From positions 1,218,497 through 1,282,496 of the forward strand of contig CAWGRJ010000002.1 in the NCBI GenBank assembly GCA_963825025.1: a stretch of 64,000 bases of DNA, in the 5' to 3' direction. Origin of the DNA: an uncultured Solirubrobacterales bacterium. GTDB lineage: Bacteria > Actinomycetota > Thermoleophilia > Solirubrobacterales > Solirubrobacteraceae. Position numbers and translations under genes: made by a program. The notes under the pieces were generated by a model. That model ran no database searches. It saw only the letters and a program-made list of their open reading frames with translations, and was not told the DNA's origin. This document shows positions 61,079 to 64,000 of this stretch, piece by piece (the stretch's first letter is position 1; every line of letters begins with the position of its first letter).

Positions 61079-62773
61079 ATGGCACGCCCCGCCACCGGAA
61101 GAGTCGAAGTCGAGACGCACGCTGACGGAACGCTCAAGTTCCGCCTGCGGTTCTCCGCCTGCGGCGAACGCCAAAGCCTGATGCTGCACGAGGCGCGCGA
61201 CTGCGCGTGCGGCTGCACCGGCGGCTGGACCGAGAACAACGCTCGGCGTGAGCTACAGAACATCCTCGCTCGCGTCCAGGCAGGAATATGGGAGCGACCG
61301 AAGCCGGCGCCAAAGGTCGAAAAGGCGTTCAAGGGTATGCCGAGCTTCCACGAGTACGCCTCCTATTGGCTGAAGGCAAAGCTCGAAGGCGTCATCGGCA
61401 AGAAGCCGATATCCGAGAACACGCACGCCGGTTACGAGATCTCGCTGAGGCTGCACCTGCTGCCTTTCTTCGGCCGCTACGCCCTCGATGAAATCGATAA
61501 GGAACTCTGCGAAGCGTTCAAGAAGCACCTGATCAAAGAGGCGCACGAGCTGAGGGACGCACTCGCTGCTGGCGCGGATCTTCGTGACATCAACAATCGC
61601 AAGCTCCGCCCGCTCGGCCCGGCGTCGATCCGAGGTCAACTCACCCTGCTTGGCCAGATACTTGACGAGGCCGTAGAGGACGAGTGGATCCCGTTCAATG
61701 CGGCCCGCAGCAAGCGGCTCAAGGTTCACGTCCCCAAGCCAAAGCGCACGTTCCTGGAGATGGACGAGCTCGCTTGCATCGAAGACGCGGCAGCCGAGCA
61801 AGACCCCTCCCTTGAGCGCTTCGCCCTCGCCGCTCGCGAAGCGAGGCCCGGATCGACGGCCGAGGCAGTCGCGATCCGCCTCTCTGACGGCAAGCGCCTA
61901 AAGCTGATCGCGGCCGAACTCGGAGTCGCGCCAGGCACAGTCCACTTCCACGTCCGCAAACTCGATGCCGTGGGTCTCGGTGTCTATGTCGGGCGCAAGG
62001 CGATCGTCCGCACGCTCGGGCGCGCTGGCGTCCGAAACGGCGAGCTGTGCAGCATCCAGATCGGCCACGCGCGTCTGCACGACGTCAACAACGCCCGCCT
62101 TGATATCCCCGACTCCAAGACAGAAACCGGCATCCGCGTGCTAGAGCTGAGCCCGGAGCTAGCCGAAGCACTCATCGAGCACATCGGCCGGCTCGTCCGA
62201 GCCGGCAACGACACGAGCCCAACGGCTCCTCTCTTCCAGAACGAACGCGGCGGGAAGATGACCCGCAAGGCCGTCGGCAAAATCGTCCGCGAAGCCACGG
62301 TGCTCGCCACCGAGAGAATGCAGGAGATGGGGATGCCCCCGCTGCCGCACATAACGCCGCACAGCTTCCGGCGCACCTACATCTCGATCCTGCTGCTCGC
62401 CAGCGAATTCGACCTCGAATGGGTGAAGAAACAGGTCGGCCACGCCGACTCGAAGATGACGCTCGAGGTTTACAACCAGCTACAGCAGCGCGTCAAGCGG
62501 GAGCACGGCGCATCGTTCGACCGGCTCATCCGCGAGGCCCGTGAGCGGCTACACGCCAGCCAGGAGCCGCCACCAGGCGACAGCACGCCCGACACCGGCG
62601 GGGTTTGTGCCGAGGTTTGTGTCGAGCCCGCGAAAACACCCGCCAAGCCCCGTCCTCCGCGCCGTCCTGGGCGTGGCAAAAACCTAGCGATTAGCAGGAC
62701 AAACGGCGGGCTGCGGCGACGGGACTCGGCCGCTGGGCATAAATGTTTTCAGTCGAGTGCTCTACCGGACTGA
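61079..62773 (+). CDS. int: tyrosine recombinase / integrase
   Basis: GVRNGELCSIQ (Arg), HSFRRTYIS (HxxR), VGHADSKMTLEVYNQL (His and catalytic Tyr465). A 99-aa low-complexity tail follows. The last codons lie inside the attR repeat. Confidence 0.9.
   Translation: MARPATGRVEVETHADGTLKFRLRFSACGERQSLMLHEARDCACGCTGGWTENNARRELQNILARVQAGIWERPKPAPKVEKAFKGMPSFHEYASYWLKAKLEGVIGKKPISENTHAGYEISLRLHLLPFFGRYALDEIDKELCEAFKKHLIKEAHELRDALAAGADLRDINNRKLRPLGPASIRGQLTLLGQILDEAVEDEWIPFNAARSKRLKVHVPKPKRTFLEMDELACIEDAAAEQDPSLERFALAAREARPGSTAEAVAIRLSDGKRLKLIAAELGVAPGTVHFHVRKLDAVGLGVYVGRKAIVRTLGRAGVRNGELCSIQIGHARLHDVNNARLDIPDSKTETGIRVLELSPELAEALIEHIGRLVRAGNDTSPTAPLFQNERGGKMTRKAVGKIVREATVLATERMQEMGMPPLPHITPHSFRRTYISILLLASEFDLEWVKKQVGHADSKMTLEVYNQLQQRVKREHGASFDRLIREARERLHASQEPPPGDSTPDTGGVCAEVCVEPAKTPAKPRPPRRPGRGKNLAISRTNGGLRRRDSAAGHKCFQSSALPD
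62628..62647 (+). repeat. 20-nt exact direct repeat, copy 2 (CCGCGAAAACACCCGCCAAG)
   Basis: See copy 1. Lies 99 nt before the attR core. Confidence 0.9.
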
Positions 62774-62803
62774 GCTATCTCGCCGCGACCCCCGATCCTA
62801 GCG
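62746..62803. repeat. attR-like repeat: orphan 5' half of a tRNA-Phe gene (62746-62784) plus 19 nt of its upstream flank
   Basis: TTTTCAGTCGAGTGCTCTACCggACTGAGCTATCTCGCCGcgacccccgatcctagcg. It has no 3' half. D-loop variant AGTCCGGTA versus AGTTGGTA in the intact gene. Confidence 0.75.
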
Positions 62804-62997
62804 TTTCCGGGCCGTCGTATGAGCGCTGCGAGCCTGATCGGAGGCCACCGCTTGGCCGGGCAGATGGCGCAGAGTTCGAGACATGGCGCTGATCTTGGGG
62901 GGTGCGGATGATCTGATCCGGCTTCTTCTCGGCGCTGGTGATCTGTCCTGGATTTGGAGCTCGGGGGCCGGACATGAGCGCGAGAAGATACGAGTCT

Positions 62998-63897
62998 TCA
63001 GCTTGTGTCTATGGCGTGGATGAGCGCGTGGATGGCTTCGACTGCTTCGTTGAGGTCGGTGATCGGCATGTCGAGGCTGCTGGCCATGGCGGTGTAGCGG
63101 TCGCTCCAATCGGGGTAGGTCGTGATTTGTGGTGGCCAGGATTGCCAGCCACGTGCAGCGAATATGCGCTGGCAGGCGTCCTTGACGGGCGCGAGGTTCT
63201 CCCCAGCTAGTGCTTGGAGGAGTCGCAGGTCGATGAGGTCCCAGTAGCGAGGGTTCTCCCCGCCGGGTCGTAGTGGTGGCTCGGTGACGGCATGCAGCTT
63301 CTGGGCGATCTGCCAGCGGACCGCGAGCACCGGAATGATGTCGGGGCCATCTAGGCCAATGGTGCTGAGGTCGTGGGCGGCTATCTCTTCGATCTCATCG
63401 CCTCCGGCCTCGACAGGTGCGACCTCGACGATTAGCGTCATGAAGGGCTTGGTGCGGAACGCGACCTTCACCCGGATCCTGTGAACGTGGGGGCGCAGTT
63501 CCAGCGGTTGGGGCTCGTTGCGTTCGAAGGAGAAGTCTTTGTAGTCGTCTGCGAGGGAGGCATCGAGATGCGCTAGCAGGGACTCGGGGTCACCGCGCAA
63601 GACGAGATCCACGTCGCCCGTAACGCGCGCCTTCTCGCCGGCTCGCAGCTCCATCGCCACGCCTCCTCTGGTGGCGAACACGACGGCTCCGTCATCGTCG
63701 ACCGCGCGTCCTAGTGCGCCGGCCAGCATCATTGCGGCGACCCTGAGGTTCAGGCGCCGCACCGGCTGTCCAGACTCGCGCTCCCACCCGGTGATCAGCT
63801 GCTGCAGCCGATTGACCGTCTTGGGGCGCTGGGTGGTGTGCTCATGCTCGCCCGCTGACGCCTTCGAGCCCGAGCTCCCGCACCAGCGTCTCGGCAC
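62998..63897 (-). CDS. AbiEii/AbiGii-family nucleotidyltransferase toxin (type IV TA)
   Basis: TRGGVAMELRAGEKARVTGDVDLVL (GG...R.T.DvDl NTase motif). Later VLAVRWQIAQKLHAVTEP and NPRYWDLIDLRLL. GTG start at 63897. Confidence 0.8.
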   Translation of the reverse strand: MPRRWCGSSGSKASAGEHEHTTQRPKTVNRLQQLITGWERESGQPVRRLNLRVAAMMLAGALGRAVDDDGAVVFATRGGVAMELRAGEKARVTGDVDLVLRGDPESLLAHLDASLADDYKDFSFERNEPQPLELRPHVHRIRVKVAFRTKPFMTLIVEVAPVEAGGDEIEEIAAHDLSTIGLDGPDIIPVLAVRWQIAQKLHAVTEPPLRPGGENPRYWDLIDLRLLQALAGENLAPVKDACQRIFAARGWQSWPPQITTYPDWSDRYTAMASSLDMPITDLNEAVEAIHALIHAIDTS

Positions 63898-64000
63898 CGA
63901 TCCGCATTCTCAGACGCTCCTCCGCGGGGTCTGCATCGTGCTTTCGTGGACTAGGCCAAAGTGTGGCCCAGCGGCCTGCAGTCGAGTGCGGATTGATCCT
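63842..64000 (-). CDS. 3' end of the upstream gene (possible AbiEi-like antitoxin), truncated by the window edge
   Basis: The frame is open from the window edge to TGA 63842-63844 (...DADPAEERLRMRIGAETLVRELGLEGVSGRA). It overlaps the AbiEii start by 56 nt. Identity not verifiable from 52 residues. Confidence 0.3.
   Translation of the reverse strand, partial: RINPHSTAGRWATLWPSPRKHDADPAEERLRMRIGAETLVRELGLEGVSGRA

Larger units (their letters stand above)
40441..62803. mobile_element. integrative conjugative element (about 22.4 kb) inserted in tRNA-Phe
   Basis: Bounded by imperfect direct repeats of the tRNA-Phe 5' half. Contains a T4SS operon, coupling protein, Replic_Relax protein, DNA methyltransferase, excisionase-like protein and tyrosine integrase. 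The integrase abuts the right repeat. Confidence 0.8.

Overview
This window is high-GC: hand-counted 60-nt lines are about 63-73% G+C, against about 48-50% inside 24.3-25.3 kb. Gene content and the frequent ATGA/GTGA start-stop overlaps suggest an actinobacterium-like genome, but that is inference only. Almost the whole window looks accessory. All domain calls rest on motifs read by eye, with no homology search or folding run, and starts are approximate in this GC range.

Main blocks, left to right:

- **0.2-3.5 kb:** a membrane protein and a HAD hydrolase.
- **3.7-14.7 kb:** a defence-like island. A small ORF is translationally coupled to a 1,793-aa protein with HEAT repeats, a caspase/CHAT-like dyad, a P-loop NTPase (STAND-type) and more HEAT repeats. 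A complete Type III mod-res operon follows.
- **15-20.3 kb:** a GRDP-like protein, then a sigma/anti-sigma fusion with three secreted proteins.
- **20.6-23.8 kb:** a frameshifted membrane gene, a HAD hydrolase, an AraC regulator, a winged-helix protein and an OmpR-type regulator with a degenerate receiver domain.
- **24.3-26.9 kb:** a compositionally foreign, partly decayed patch with a lipoprotein, an Rx4H HEPN gene lacking a canonical start, and a gene with an in-frame stop.
- **27.4-32.5 kb:** an overlapping 205-aa + 938-aa gene pair of unknown function, plus an Arch_ATPase-like P-loop gene whose conserved N-terminus has no canonical start.
- **32.5-38.7 kb:** a plasmid/phage-like module of winged-helix, DUF4262 and RNase H-like genes, driven by three copies of a 15-nt promoter-associated motif.
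- **38.8-40.4 kb:** an IS66-family element with perfect 18-bp inverted repeats and an 8-bp target duplication, sitting 22 nt from tRNA-Phe.
- **40.4-62.8 kb:** a 22.4-kb integrative conjugative element (ICE). It is bounded by a repeat of the 5' half of tRNA-Phe, which is unusual. It carries a lipid-modification cargo cluster, a FATA-type type IV secretion (T4SS) operon, a coupling protein, a Replic_Relax protein, a DNA methyltransferase, an excisionase-like protein and a tyrosine integrase.
- **63-64 kb:** an AbiE-type toxin-antitoxin pair.

No rRNA genes or CRISPR arrays were seen.
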